From Methylophilus sp. 14 (lineage in GTDB: Bacteria; Pseudomonadota; Gammaproteobacteria; Burkholderiales; Methylophilaceae): DNA of 40,000 bases. Each line of letters opens with the position of its first letter. The first letter of the stretch is position 1. A model generated the notes under the pieces. That model did no database searches and was not told where the DNA came from. It worked only from the letters and a program-made list of their open reading frames with translations. A program made the translations under genes and the position numbers. Positions 26,051-34,398 of this stretch are shown in pieces. The DNA lies in assembly GCF_015354345.1 (NCBI RefSeq), contig NZ_JADKYS010000003.1:52856-92855 (forward strand). The letters run 5' to 3'.

Positions 26051-26683
26051 ATGACGAATCAGCGTCGATTATTGGGCTATCTGTTAGTTGTGCCACTGCT
26101 GGTAGCGGCTTGTTGCAGTACTGTCCCTAGCACGATCACTCAAGTGCCTGTTGTGAAGCCACAGTCTGCCTCGAAAGCGGCTTTGCACGTGATAGGCGTT
26201 TATCAGGGGCAATTGCCGGAAACGGCTGATAAACGGCCATGGTGGGCACAATGCCAGGCGATGAGTGAGTCTGCAGATAAACCAGAGCCTTCTACCGTGA
26301 GTGCGTGTCGGACATTATTGAGCCCTGGCAGGGATCAGCGCACCGTTACCGTGAATATCAGTGATGAGACAACGCCGATTATTTTAGGCCTGATGTCCTA
26401 TGAAGCAGTGACTTGGCAGATTAAAACCACGCCTGGCGTGGTGATAGAGAAAGTCATTCTGGCGGGCTATCATCAACAGCGCATTCAAGGGGTCGGCGAT
26501 GCGCAGGTTGACGTGTATAGTTATGACAATAGCCCTTGTGATCGTTGCGTGCAAAAAGGGCGCTACTTTTATGCTTATGAGCGGATGCCGTTCGAAATGG
26601 AAGTCGCTGCTGGCGTGAGGGCCACTTCCTTTCAAGGGAATTACACCGGCGGTAGTTACCAGATATTTAAAGGCATGCAGTAA
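26051..26683 (+). CDS. lipoprotein, unknown function
   Basis: ATG at 26051. Signal peptide with lipobox (LLVAAC). The track ORF starts earlier, at 26018. No family recognised. Confidence 0.65.
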   Translation: MTNQRRLLGYLLVVPLLVAACCSTVPSTITQVPVVKPQSASKAALHVIGVYQGQLPETADKRPWWAQCQAMSESADKPEPSTVSACRTLLSPGRDQRTVTVNISDETTPIILGLMSYEAVTWQIKTTPGVVIEKVILAGYHQQRIQGVGDAQVDVYSYDNSPCDRCVQKGRYFYAYERMPFEMEVAAGVRATSFQGNYTGGSYQIFKGMQ

Positions 26684-26742
26684 GCCTTGCAGGCAGGGAT
26701 GGCATCGTTCGGTGGCATTAAAGGTATTTTATTGTTGGATGT

Positions 26743-26982
26743 TTGGAGTCTGAGTTGTTACGTGGTTTGATTTATGGATTGAGTATTTTGCACCTGGGGC
26801 CAGGTTTTGCGTTTGCAGTGGTGGCCTTTGGCTGTGAGGATACATTTTCTTTCTTGCAAGCAGTTTGCCAGCAGGATGCCTTTGCAGCGTTTATCAAGTT
26901 GACATTAGCCGCCTGGGGCGTGATGATTTCTGCCTTGGTATTAAAAATTATAGTCACAAATTACATTAATAAAAATAAATAA
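26743..26982 (+). CDS. possible small two-TM membrane protein
   Basis: 79-aa ORF with a TTG start and no clear SD. Hydrophobic, but weakly supported. Confidence 0.3.
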   Translation: MESELLRGLIYGLSILHLGPGFAFAVVAFGCEDTFSFLQAVCQQDAFAAFIKLTLAAWGVMISALVLKIIVTNYINKNK

Positions 26983-27082
26983 AATATTGATTTATATTGT
27001 TTTAAATTCAAATTTTTAAGGCTGTATAAACTTTTTTGGGATGGGGGACTCGAAAAGAAGCTAGCTAACGGAGAGTCTTGTT

Positions 27083-28366
27083 TTGCATTATTCTAATCAG
27101 CGATGTTCAATCGCGACCTCTGCCCTTAGGGCATTCAGTGTTGTTGTCTTTTGTCTCAGTTGTGTCATGCCAGTTACCGCGCTGGCGGGTGACGATGTCG
27201 TACCCAGGTTATTGCTGTCTGGCAGCGAGGCGGCTGAGGCTGACAAAGAAGCCAATAAAGCCCCCGAGCCTCCAAGAATCAGTTCGGTGTTTGGTACGCA
27301 AACCCTTAAAGAGTACAAATTACCGTTTGAAGACCAGTATCCCTCCGGCCCCTTTGAGCGGCTGGATAAAAAATTATTCCTGTTTATCAGCAAGTGCGGC
27401 GAAGTTTTTTTCGTCCGCCAAAACGACAGCATGGAGTTGGTGAAACCTGGCAAACCCTTGGCCAAGTTTATCCCTGGCGGCGAAACATCCTCTGACGAAA
27501 GCAGCAGCAAGCAACTGGTGTATTGCCGCGAATTGTCTGGCGTGAAAGACTCTTTGCTGGTGGGCAAAACGTTGTATGTGGCTTATACCGCCTGGGACGA
27601 GGCGAGTAATGGCGTGCGGCTAGCGGTGAGCGAGTTTGAGGTCGATGTTGAAAATAGCGAAGTCAGTTTTAATCGCGAGATTTATATCAGCCGCCCGGCG
27701 ATTAAAGAGCCGATTTTGGGCCACCAGGTGGGTGGCAAATTGGCGCTGGGTGAAAATGAGCGCACGCTATACCTTAGCCTGGGGGATTTCTCCAAGCCTG
27801 ACCGCGTGCAAGACAAAACAACCTCGCTGGGTAAAGTGGTGCGCATTGATTTGCAACGCCTGAATGCCGAAGTCTATGCCTCAGGCTTTCGCTCGCCTTC
27901 TGGCGGCCTGTATTTTGACCGTGAAAGCAATGAGTTGTGGCTCACCGACCACGGCCCGCGCGGCGGCGATGAAATTAACCTGATCAAACGCGGCAAAAAC
28001 TACGGCTGGCCGATTGTCAGTTATGGCACCATTTATGAGCGCGATGGCATGAGCGGCTATTACGGCAACAAATTCAATAGCCATGAGGGCTACGAAAAAC
28101 CGGCGATGACCTTCGTGCCTTCTATCGGCATCGGCCCGCTGGTGAAATATCCTTCTACCGGCCGCAATGACTTTTGGGATAACGATTTGTTTGTTGCAGG
28201 CATGGGCAACACTACTTTGTACCGTGTGCGTAAAGAGGGTAGTGCGCTGGTGTATGCCGAGCCGGTGTTGAGTGGCTATCGCATACGTGCCATCCAGATC
28301 GACCAGAATGGTACGTTTTACCTCAAAACCGACCATAATCAACTGCTGATTTCAGAACAGGAATAA
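27083..28366 (+). CDS. PQQ-dependent sugar (glucose/sorbosone) dehydrogenase family beta-propeller protein
   Basis: 427 aa, TTG start with GGAGAG upstream, and a signal peptide. Family motif HGPRGGDEINLIKRGKNYGWP. Confidence 0.75.
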   Translation: MHYSNQRCSIATSALRAFSVVVFCLSCVMPVTALAGDDVVPRLLLSGSEAAEADKEANKAPEPPRISSVFGTQTLKEYKLPFEDQYPSGPFERLDKKLFLFISKCGEVFFVRQNDSMELVKPGKPLAKFIPGGETSSDESSSKQLVYCRELSGVKDSLLVGKTLYVAYTAWDEASNGVRLAVSEFEVDVENSEVSFNREIYISRPAIKEPILGHQVGGKLALGENERTLYLSLGDFSKPDRVQDKTTSLGKVVRIDLQRLNAEVYASGFRSPSGGLYFDRESNELWLTDHGPRGGDEINLIKRGKNYGWPIVSYGTIYERDGMSGYYGNKFNSHEGYEKPAMTFVPSIGIGPLVKYPSTGRNDFWDNDLFVAGMGNTTLYRVRKEGSALVYAEPVLSGYRIRAIQIDQNGTFYLKTDHNQLLISEQE

Positions 28367-28474
28367 TCTGCAAGCGTTTGTTTTTGCGGGCCTTGCTTGC
28401 CCGCGAAGGCAATCTGGCATACATTGTCAGGCATGTAATTTCTACGTTTGTTGAATCAAAAAGGAGCGGCTGGC

Positions 28475-28780
28475 ATGGCAAAGTTTACGACCGGGCAGGA
28501 AATCAGGACCAATACCTCTACCATTGAAGTCACTATTGATGCGGCGAACCCCTTACCGCCTGGCAGGCATCGTTTTCAGCTGATTGTAGAAGATGATGCT
28601 GGCAATCAGTCTGACCCGGCGACGGTGGATGTGATTGTGGTAGATCAATCCAAACCGACCGCGGTGATTGATGCGCCAACGTCGGTCGCAACCGGGGCCT
28701 CATTTACCTTGTCTGGCGCACGCTCGTTTGATTTGCCGCCAGGTAAAATAAAAAACTATCGTTGGGTACAACTTTCTTGA
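28475..28780 (+). CDS. small Ig/PKD-like domain protein
   Basis: 101 aa from the ATG at 28475 (AAGGAG 8 nt upstream). One complete Ig-like unit, then the start of a PKD-like unit (FTLSGARSFDLPPGKIKNYRW) that ends at the stop codon. Confidence 0.5.
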   Translation: MAKFTTGQEIRTNTSTIEVTIDAANPLPPGRHRFQLIVEDDAGNQSDPATVDVIVVDQSKPTAVIDAPTSVATGASFTLSGARSFDLPPGKIKNYRWVQLS

Positions 28781-28783
28781 GTC

Positions 28784-29170
28784 ATGATGCGTATTAACCT
28801 GTCCATCACCCTGACCGCCCTGGCTGGGGCATTAGCCGCCATTGGTTTTGAGATCTATGCCGCCAGTGGCTTGCAGTTTCTCAGCTACCGTACTGGGTTG
28901 CTGATGACATTATGGACAGTGATGCCCTATGTGATTATGTTCGCAGGCCGCTATTTCTTTGACCGCAGTGAAATCCAGAAACGATGGCGCAACTTCAGCC
29001 TCTTCCAGGTATGTGTGGTGGCGTGGATTTATATGCAAACCCTGGTCATGTATCCAGATGCGCAGGGAAGCCTGATTTTTCTGTTTCTGCCCTTGTTACA
29101 GTCCAGCCTGAACCTGGTAGTGGGGGTCGTATTGTATTGGTTGCAGCATCGATTAAAGCAACAGCCTTAA
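28784..29170 (+). CDS. four-TM membrane protein, unknown function
   Basis: 128 aa. Starts 3 nt after the preceding stop. Confidence 0.6.
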   Translation: MMRINLSITLTALAGALAAIGFEIYAASGLQFLSYRTGLLMTLWTVMPYVIMFAGRYFFDRSEIQKRWRNFSLFQVCVVAWIYMQTLVMYPDAQGSLIFLFLPLLQSSLNLVVGVVLYWLQHRLKQQP

Positions 29171-29257
29171 GCAGATTTCGCTGCCAATTTCGCATATCAC
29201 CAGCTTTGCTCGTCCGTGGCATCCACCATTGCTTGCTACTTTATAAAAGGGATTCTT

Positions 29258-29584
29258 TTGCTTAAAACACTGTTTTTATTTGCACTGACAGCCGTGGCCG
29301 AGATTGTCGGTTGCTACCTGCCTTATCTATGGCTCAAAGCCGGTAAAAGTGCCTGGCTATTGGTGCCTGCCGCGCTGAGCTTGGCATTGTTCGCCTGGTT
29401 GCTGACTTTGCACCCGACGGCGGCTGGCCGTGTCTATGCTGCTTATGGAGGCGTGTATATCGGCGTGGCCATCATCTGGTTATGGCTGGTAGACGGCATT
29501 AAACCGACTGGCTGGGATATGCTGGGGGTGGCAGTGGCCATGTTGGGCATGGCCATTATTATGTGTGCACCGAGGCCAGCATGA
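29258..29584 (+). CDS. ynfA: YnfA family (UPF0060) small membrane protein
   Basis: [26 protein letters not shown]...YAAYGGVYI matches the YnfA pattern. A TTG start at 29258 gives the usual ~108 aa; the track ORF starts at 29216. Confidence 0.8.
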   Translation: MLKTLFLFALTAVAEIVGCYLPYLWLKAGKSAWLLVPAALSLALFAWLLTLHPTAAGRVYAAYGGVYIGVAIIWLWLVDGIKPTGWDMLGVAVAMLGMAIIMCAPRPA

Positions 29585-29898
29585 GTAGGGCGATGGTTGT
29601 TGGTATCCATGCGTGTTTGGCTGTGATGCTTGCAGGCTGTGTTGCCAAGCCGCCGCTGGCAAGACCAGAGGCCGTGGTGTTTGATTGCCAGAATGGGGAA
29701 GTCTTGCGCGTACGCTTTGTGGCCGAACCTGCCAGCGCGGTGCTGATGCGCGCACAAAGTGAAATCAGCTTGCCACAGCAGCCTAGTGGCTCTGGATTTA
29801 TCTACAGCAACGGGCCGAATACCATCCGTGGTAAAGGCGATGCCTTGACGGTGGAAATTGGCCGTATGCTGCCTATTCAGTGCCAGGCAAGGTCGTAG
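29581..29898 (+). CDS. MliC/PliC-like lipoprotein (putative C-type lysozyme inhibitor)
   Basis: ATG at 29581 (ATGA overlap with ynfA). Lipobox MLAGC. F.C..G..L.V.F, SGSGFIY and RGKGD resemble MliC motifs. Confidence 0.55.
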   Translation: MSRAMVVGIHACLAVMLAGCVAKPPLARPEAVVFDCQNGEVLRVRFVAEPASAVLMRAQSEISLPQQPSGSGFIYSNGPNTIRGKGDALTVEIGRMLPIQCQARS

Positions 29899-29899
29899 T

Positions 29900-30313
29900 T
29901 TGCTGAAACGTTACTTGCGTTATGCCTGGGCATCGCCCACCAGTTTGTTGGGGCTGTTATGCGCTAGCTTGTTATTGGTCACCGGTGCTGGTGCGCGTAC
30001 AGTGGATGGTGTGCTGGAGGTATCTGGCGGTTGGCTGGCAAGCAAACTGACGCATCTCAGCAGCTTTTCTGCGTTAACCTTGGGGCATGTGGTACTCGGG
30101 CATTCTGTTGATTGCTTGCAACAGTTGCGTGCGCATGAACATGTGCATGTCCGTCAGGCTGAGCGCTGGGGGATATTGTTTATTCCGGCCTATCTGTTGG
30201 CGGGTGCCTGGCAAGCCATTTGTGGACGACATGCGTATTATGACAATCCGTTTGAGCGAGAGGCGTTTGCCGCTGAGGCGCAGTCGGCCAAGGAGTGTGA
30301 TACTCGGCCTTAA
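29900..30313 (+). CDS. hypothetical membrane-associated HExxH protein (putative zincin-like)
   Basis: AHEHVHVRQAERWG contains HExxH. N-terminal hydrophobic segment. TTG at 29900 lies 1 nt after the mliC-like stop; the track ORF starts at 29858. Confidence 0.5.
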   Translation: MLKRYLRYAWASPTSLLGLLCASLLLVTGAGARTVDGVLEVSGGWLASKLTHLSSFSALTLGHVVLGHSVDCLQQLRAHEHVHVRQAERWGILFIPAYLLAGAWQAICGRHAYYDNPFEREAFAAEAQSAKECDTRP

Positions 30314-30324
30314 ACAGAGGCAAT

Positions 30325-30352
30325 AAAAAACGCCAGCAATGCTGGCGTTTTT
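30325..30352. terminator. bidirectional intrinsic terminator between convergent genes
   Basis: AAAAAA-CGCCAGC-aat-GCTGGCG-TTTTT. Confidence 0.8.
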
Positions 30353-30367
30353 GTTGTAATGCTAGGC

Positions 30368-31201
30368 TTAGTACAGGCTTTCCCAGAACTTCCACCAAAC
30401 CTTTTCATCTTCATTGATCTTGCCGGTAATCATTGGATTTTCAGGGTAGTTGGTTTTCAGGATGCGCAATGTATCGGCTTTCAGGTCAGCCATATCCATG
30501 GCGTCATAGGCGCTGATCATCGTGACTAACGCATCCTCAACAGAACTGGAGTTCGGGTAAGTTTCCAACACGTATCTGGTGCGGTTAAGGGCTGCGACAT
30601 AGGCTTTACGTTGCATGTAGTAACGCGCAACGTGCATTTCGTGCATGGCCAGCGTATTGACCAGGTAGACCATGCGTTGGGTCGAGTCTTTGGCATAACG
30701 GCTGGTAGGAAAGCGCTCGACCAACTCTTTGAATGCGTTAAATGACACGCGTAAGGTTTTTGGGTCGCGGTCGTTGATTTCCTGCTTGGTATATTTCTCC
30801 ATGATGCCACGCTCGTTAAAGGTGGCTAGGCCTTTGAGATAGTAGGCGTAATCGAGGTTAGGGTGGTTAGGATGCAGCTTGATAAAACGGTCAACGGCAG
30901 ATAAACACAACACCGGTTCAGTTTTTTTATAGTAGGCATAGGCGACTTCGAGCTGCGCTTGCGTGGCATAAGCCCCATGCGGATAACGCGCTTCAAGCTT
31001 CTGGAAATACTCAATCGCCTTGTCGTAGTTCTTGTCGGCCATCTTTTCCTGGCCTGCAGCGTAGAGGCGTTGTTCTGCCCAGCCTTTGGTCTCATCCGGT
31101 GGATTCGGGTTGCCGAAAATGGCACAAGCACTCAAAGCCAGCGCGGTGATTAAAATAAAAGCACGCGTGAACAGGGTGTTAAGCGGTAAAATGCGAAGCA
31201 T
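30368..31201 (-). CDS. bamD: outer membrane protein assembly factor BamD
   Basis: 277 aa. Lipobox LSAC and TPR-like repeats. Conserved divergent pairing with rluD. Confidence 0.88.
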   Translation of the reverse strand: MLRILPLNTLFTRAFILITALALSACAIFGNPNPPDETKGWAEQRLYAAGQEKMADKNYDKAIEYFQKLEARYPHGAYATQAQLEVAYAYYKKTEPVLCLSAVDRFIKLHPNHPNLDYAYYLKGLATFNERGIMEKYTKQEINDRDPKTLRVSFNAFKELVERFPTSRYAKDSTQRMVYLVNTLAMHEMHVARYYMQRKAYVAALNRTRYVLETYPNSSSVEDALVTMISAYDAMDMADLKADTLRILKTNYPENPMITGKINEDEKVWWKFWESLY

Positions 31202-31248
31202 GTTGTTTAATGTTGTTTTATCAAAGGAAACTCAGGGCATTATAACTG

Positions 31249-32358
31249 ATGCCGTTTGAAAATATGAAAGAAAGCGCCTCCTTACATCTGGTCGTTCCTG
31301 GCAATCTCGGCGGGCAGCGTCTCGATCTGGCTTTGCAGCAAATGTTGCCCGACCATTCCCGTAGCCGATTGCAGGCATGGATCAAAGAGGAACTTGTCTT
31401 GCTGGATGGCAAGGCTACCACCGCCAAAACCAAGGTTTGGGGCGGTGAAAAACTGGACATCACGCCGCCTAAAAATGCGCAGGAAAACGCGTTTGAACCT
31501 GAAGATATCCCTTTGGACGTTGTTTACGAAGACGACGCCCTGATCATTATTAATAAGCCTGCCGGGCTGGTGGTGCATCCGGCCGCTGGTAACTGGAGCG
31601 GCACCTTGCTCAACGCTTTGCTGTTCCATTGGCCTGCTTTAAAAGAAGTGCCGCGTGCGGGTATTGTGCATCGGTTGGACAAAGATACCAGCGGTTTGCT
31701 GGTGGTGGCCAAAACGCTGGAGGCGCAAACCAGCCTAGTGCGCCAGTTACAGGCACGTACGGTGAAACGTGAGTACCGCGCGATTGTGTGGGGCCAGTTG
31801 TGGCGTAACGGCAAGGTCGACCAGCCTGTTGGCCGCCACCCGCATCACCGCACCAAGATGGCAGTGATTCGCCGTGGTCGCCCGGCCATCACGCATTATG
31901 AGATTCTGGAGCGCTTTGGCACCAATACTTACCTGCGCTGTAACCTCGAAACTGGCCGTACACACCAGATCCGCGTGCATTTGCAGCATTTAAAAGCGCC
32001 TATGGTCGGTGACCCGATGTATGGCATCGGCAATATTATTCCGCACAAGATGATGACGCCAGAGCTGCGTGAGGTGATTGGTAACTTTAAACGCCAGGCG
32101 TTACACGCTATTAAATTGGGCTTGATCCACCCGGTGACCAATGAGCCTATGGAATGGCAGATTGAATTGGCCGACGATATGCGTGAGCTGCTGGAAGCCA
32201 TGCGCGTGGTCAAGCCGGTAGAGGAATTGCCGCCACCTGATTTTAATGTCGATGAAAATGGCCTGTTTATCGGTGATGATGACGAAGACTGGGGCGACGA
32301 CGACTTTGATGAGTCCGAGGACGATCTGGACGAAGATTGGGGCGATGAGGACGAGTGA
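31249..32358 (+). CDS. rluD: 23S rRNA pseudouridine synthase RluD with an acidic C-terminal extension
   Basis: S4 domain, then the RluA-family catalytic motif HRLDKDTSGLLV. 369 aa, with the last ~50 aa being a D/E/W-rich tail. Confidence 0.9.
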   Translation: MPFENMKESASLHLVVPGNLGGQRLDLALQQMLPDHSRSRLQAWIKEELVLLDGKATTAKTKVWGGEKLDITPPKNAQENAFEPEDIPLDVVYEDDALIIINKPAGLVVHPAAGNWSGTLLNALLFHWPALKEVPRAGIVHRLDKDTSGLLVVAKTLEAQTSLVRQLQARTVKREYRAIVWGQLWRNGKVDQPVGRHPHHRTKMAVIRRGRPAITHYEILERFGTNTYLRCNLETGRTHQIRVHLQHLKAPMVGDPMYGIGNIIPHKMMTPELREVIGNFKRQALHAIKLGLIHPVTNEPMEWQIELADDMRELLEAMRVVKPVEELPPPDFNVDENGLFIGDDDEDWGDDDFDESEDDLDEDWGDEDE

Positions 32359-33086
32359 TGGCAGGCCTGACATTCATCACCCCTGACTGGCCTGCGCCTG
32401 CCAATGTGAAAGCCATGCAGACCACGCGCAATGGTGGCGTGAGTACGGGCGTGTATGCCAGCTTGAACTTGGGTGATCATGTCAAAGACCATCCGCAGCA
32501 CGTCGCTGCTAATCGGCAATTACTGAGCGGCTACATGCCCAGTGAGCCGATATGGCTCAACCAGGTGCATGGCGTGCGTGTGATCGACGCGGCTTTGTCG
32601 TCTTGCCTGGAAAGTGCAGATGCCAGTTTTGCTACGCGTAAGCAGGTGGTGTGCGTGACCATGACCGCGGATTGTTTGCCCGTGTTGTTGTGTAATCAGG
32701 CTGGCACGGCTGTGGCGGCGATTCATGCTGGTTGGCGCAGTTTGTGTGACGGCGTCATTGAAGCGACTGTCAACGCTATGCCTGTGCAGGCTGATCAATT
32801 GATGGCCTGGCTGGGGCCTGCCATTGGCCCTGAGGCGTTTGAAGTTGGTGGCGAGGTGAGGGCGCAGTTTATCGCGCAAGACGCTCAGGCTGAGCTCGCC
32901 TTTAAAGCCAAGGGTGACAAATGGCTAGGTGATTTATATGCGATTGCCAGCCAGCGCCTGCAAACACTCGGTATCACGCAGGTGTATGGTGGCGGCCGCT
33001 GCACATTTAATGAACCTGAGACCTTTTTCAGCTTCAGGCGCGATGGCGATACAGGCCGCATGGGGTGTTTTATCTGGCTGGAATAA
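32358..33086 (+). CDS. pgeF: purine nucleoside phosphorylase/laccase-domain protein YfiH (peptidoglycan editing factor)
   Basis: About 242 aa with YfiH motifs (TTR.GG.S...Y.SLNLG.HV.D, TADC.PV, HAGWRG, SFRRDG). TGATG overlap with rluD; a GTG at 32355 is also possible. Confidence 0.88.
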   Translation: MAGLTFITPDWPAPANVKAMQTTRNGGVSTGVYASLNLGDHVKDHPQHVAANRQLLSGYMPSEPIWLNQVHGVRVIDAALSSCLESADASFATRKQVVCVTMTADCLPVLLCNQAGTAVAAIHAGWRSLCDGVIEATVNAMPVQADQLMAWLGPAIGPEAFEVGGEVRAQFIAQDAQAELAFKAKGDKWLGDLYAIASQRLQTLGITQVYGGGRCTFNEPETFFSFRRDGDTGRMGCFIWLE

Positions 33087-33101
33087 ACAAATTCTAATTG
33101 A

Positions 33102-33175
33102 CCGCCGATAAACGCAGATGCACGCCGATACTGCTAACGGATTTTTTATCGGCGTGCATCGGCGTTTATCGGCGG
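33102..33175. repeat. 74-bp hairpin-forming inverted repeat (29-nt arms, 1 mismatch) built from four CGCCGATA boxes
   Basis: Left arm CCGCCGATAAACGCAGATGCACGCCGATA (33102-33130). Right arm TATCGGCGTGCATCGGCGTTTATCGGCGG (33147-33175). Confidence 0.8.
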
Positions 33176-33203
33176 TTAAATAAAAACAAACCTAAACACT
33201 CTT

Positions 33204-33851
33204 ATGAAACAGCATTTAATTTTTGATTTAGACGGCACATTAATCGATTCTGCACCCAGCATTTTGCATTGTTTTGGTCTGGCATTTAGCACCACCAATA
33301 CGCCATTGGCGGCACCGCTGACGCAGGATGTCATTGGCCCGCCGTTGATGGAAACGCTGAAACGGCTTTCCGGGAGCGAAGATACCACGGTATTGAACAC
33401 GCTGGCCGCGGCATTCAAACAGCATTATGACAGTACAGGTTGCCTGCAGTCTGTCGTCTTTGATGGCGTGTCAGCCATGCTGCAGCAACTCAAAGACCTA
33501 GGCTACCAGTTGTATATTGCGACCAACAAGCGTTTTTACCCGACTGAAAGAATCATGACGCATTTGGGCTGGCAGGCGTTTTTTACCGGGGTCTATGCGT
33601 TGGATTATTTTAATCCGCCACTCAAATCCAAAGCCGAGATGATAGGTCGCGTGGTGGCTGATAACGCGCTAACCGTACAGGATTGTTTGTATATTGGTGA
33701 TCGCCTGGAAGACGGGATGTCGGCCGATGCCAACCAGATGGATTTTGCCCTGGTCAGTTGGGGCTATGCCGGTGATGTTGCCATGCGCAAACCGCATTGG
33801 CATAGCTGCACCAAGGTGCAGGACCTTGCTGGTTTAATCTCAACTTTATAG
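33204..33851 (+). CDS. HAD-IA family hydrolase (phosphoglycolate phosphatase-like)
   Basis: 215 aa with motif I FDLDGTLIDS, and later the ATNK and GDR.EDG motifs. Confidence 0.8.
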   Translation: MKQHLIFDLDGTLIDSAPSILHCFGLAFSTTNTPLAAPLTQDVIGPPLMETLKRLSGSEDTTVLNTLAAAFKQHYDSTGCLQSVVFDGVSAMLQQLKDLGYQLYIATNKRFYPTERIMTHLGWQAFFTGVYALDYFNPPLKSKAEMIGRVVADNALTVQDCLYIGDRLEDGMSADANQMDFALVSWGYAGDVAMRKPHWHSCTKVQDLAGLISTL

Positions 33852-33862
33852 ATTCTTTTATT

Positions 33863-34288
33863 ATGCTCAAGCGATTACGTGTTCGACGCCATCCGGCAAG
33901 CTTTAGTACAGGTGTCGACCCTTTGTTGAGTGGTCAACGGGTCTGGCCGAATATCTTGCTGGTAGTAGGCTTGACGGCATTAATCGCTGCAGGCATGTAT
34001 CTGGATTGGGATGCCCGCGTATTAGCAGGTGTGACCGTGCTGGTTGGTTTGGTGACAGGACTATTTGTCTGGCTGGTCGGCATTATCGGCCTGGTGCCAC
34101 TCATCGGTCCCATTATCGTTAAAGTGCTCAGTTTCGGTTTTATCTGGTTGCTCAATGCTATGGGCTACCTGGTGTCCTATATCGCCATCCGCCGCGGTTA
34201 TTCGCGTGATGTGCTGACGTATCGCGGGCTGACCATGGCTTTGTTGATCGGCATTGTCATCGGTTATATTGTGGCACAGTTTATTTAA
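33863..34288 (+). CDS. four-TM membrane protein, unknown function
   Basis: 141 aa, hydrophobic. Followed by a terminator. Confidence 0.6.
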   Translation: MLKRLRVRRHPASFSTGVDPLLSGQRVWPNILLVVGLTALIAAGMYLDWDARVLAGVTVLVGLVTGLFVWLVGIIGLVPLIGPIIVKVLSFGFIWLLNAMGYLVSYIAIRRGYSRDVLTYRGLTMALLIGIVIGYIVAQFI

Positions 34289-34321
34289 GGCTTAATCGCC
34301 TGATAGTCCCTGGCGACTGAT

Positions 34322-34355
34322 AAAGCATAACTGTTTGTTTATGCTTTGTTTTTTT
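34322..34355 (+). terminator. intrinsic terminator
   Basis: AAAGCATAA-ctgtttgt-TTATGCTTT followed by GTTTTTTT. Confidence 0.75.
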
Positions 34356-34398
34356 GATAACTCACGTATAATGCGCGGCTTCCCGCAATAAACACGGC

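Noticed and set aside
27078-27443. 121-aa ORF overlapping the 5' end of the PQQ-dehydrogenase gene in another frame.
   Set aside because: It lies entirely within the better-supported 427-aa ORF, which has a family motif and a signal peptide. It has no independent support.
28386-28404. GC hairpin GCGGGC-cttgctt-GCCCGC after the PQQ-dehydrogenase gene, considered as a terminator.
   Set aside because: No U-tract follows it on the + strand. The T-run lies on the 5' side, which would suit a - strand terminator, but no - strand gene ends here. It is left unannotated.
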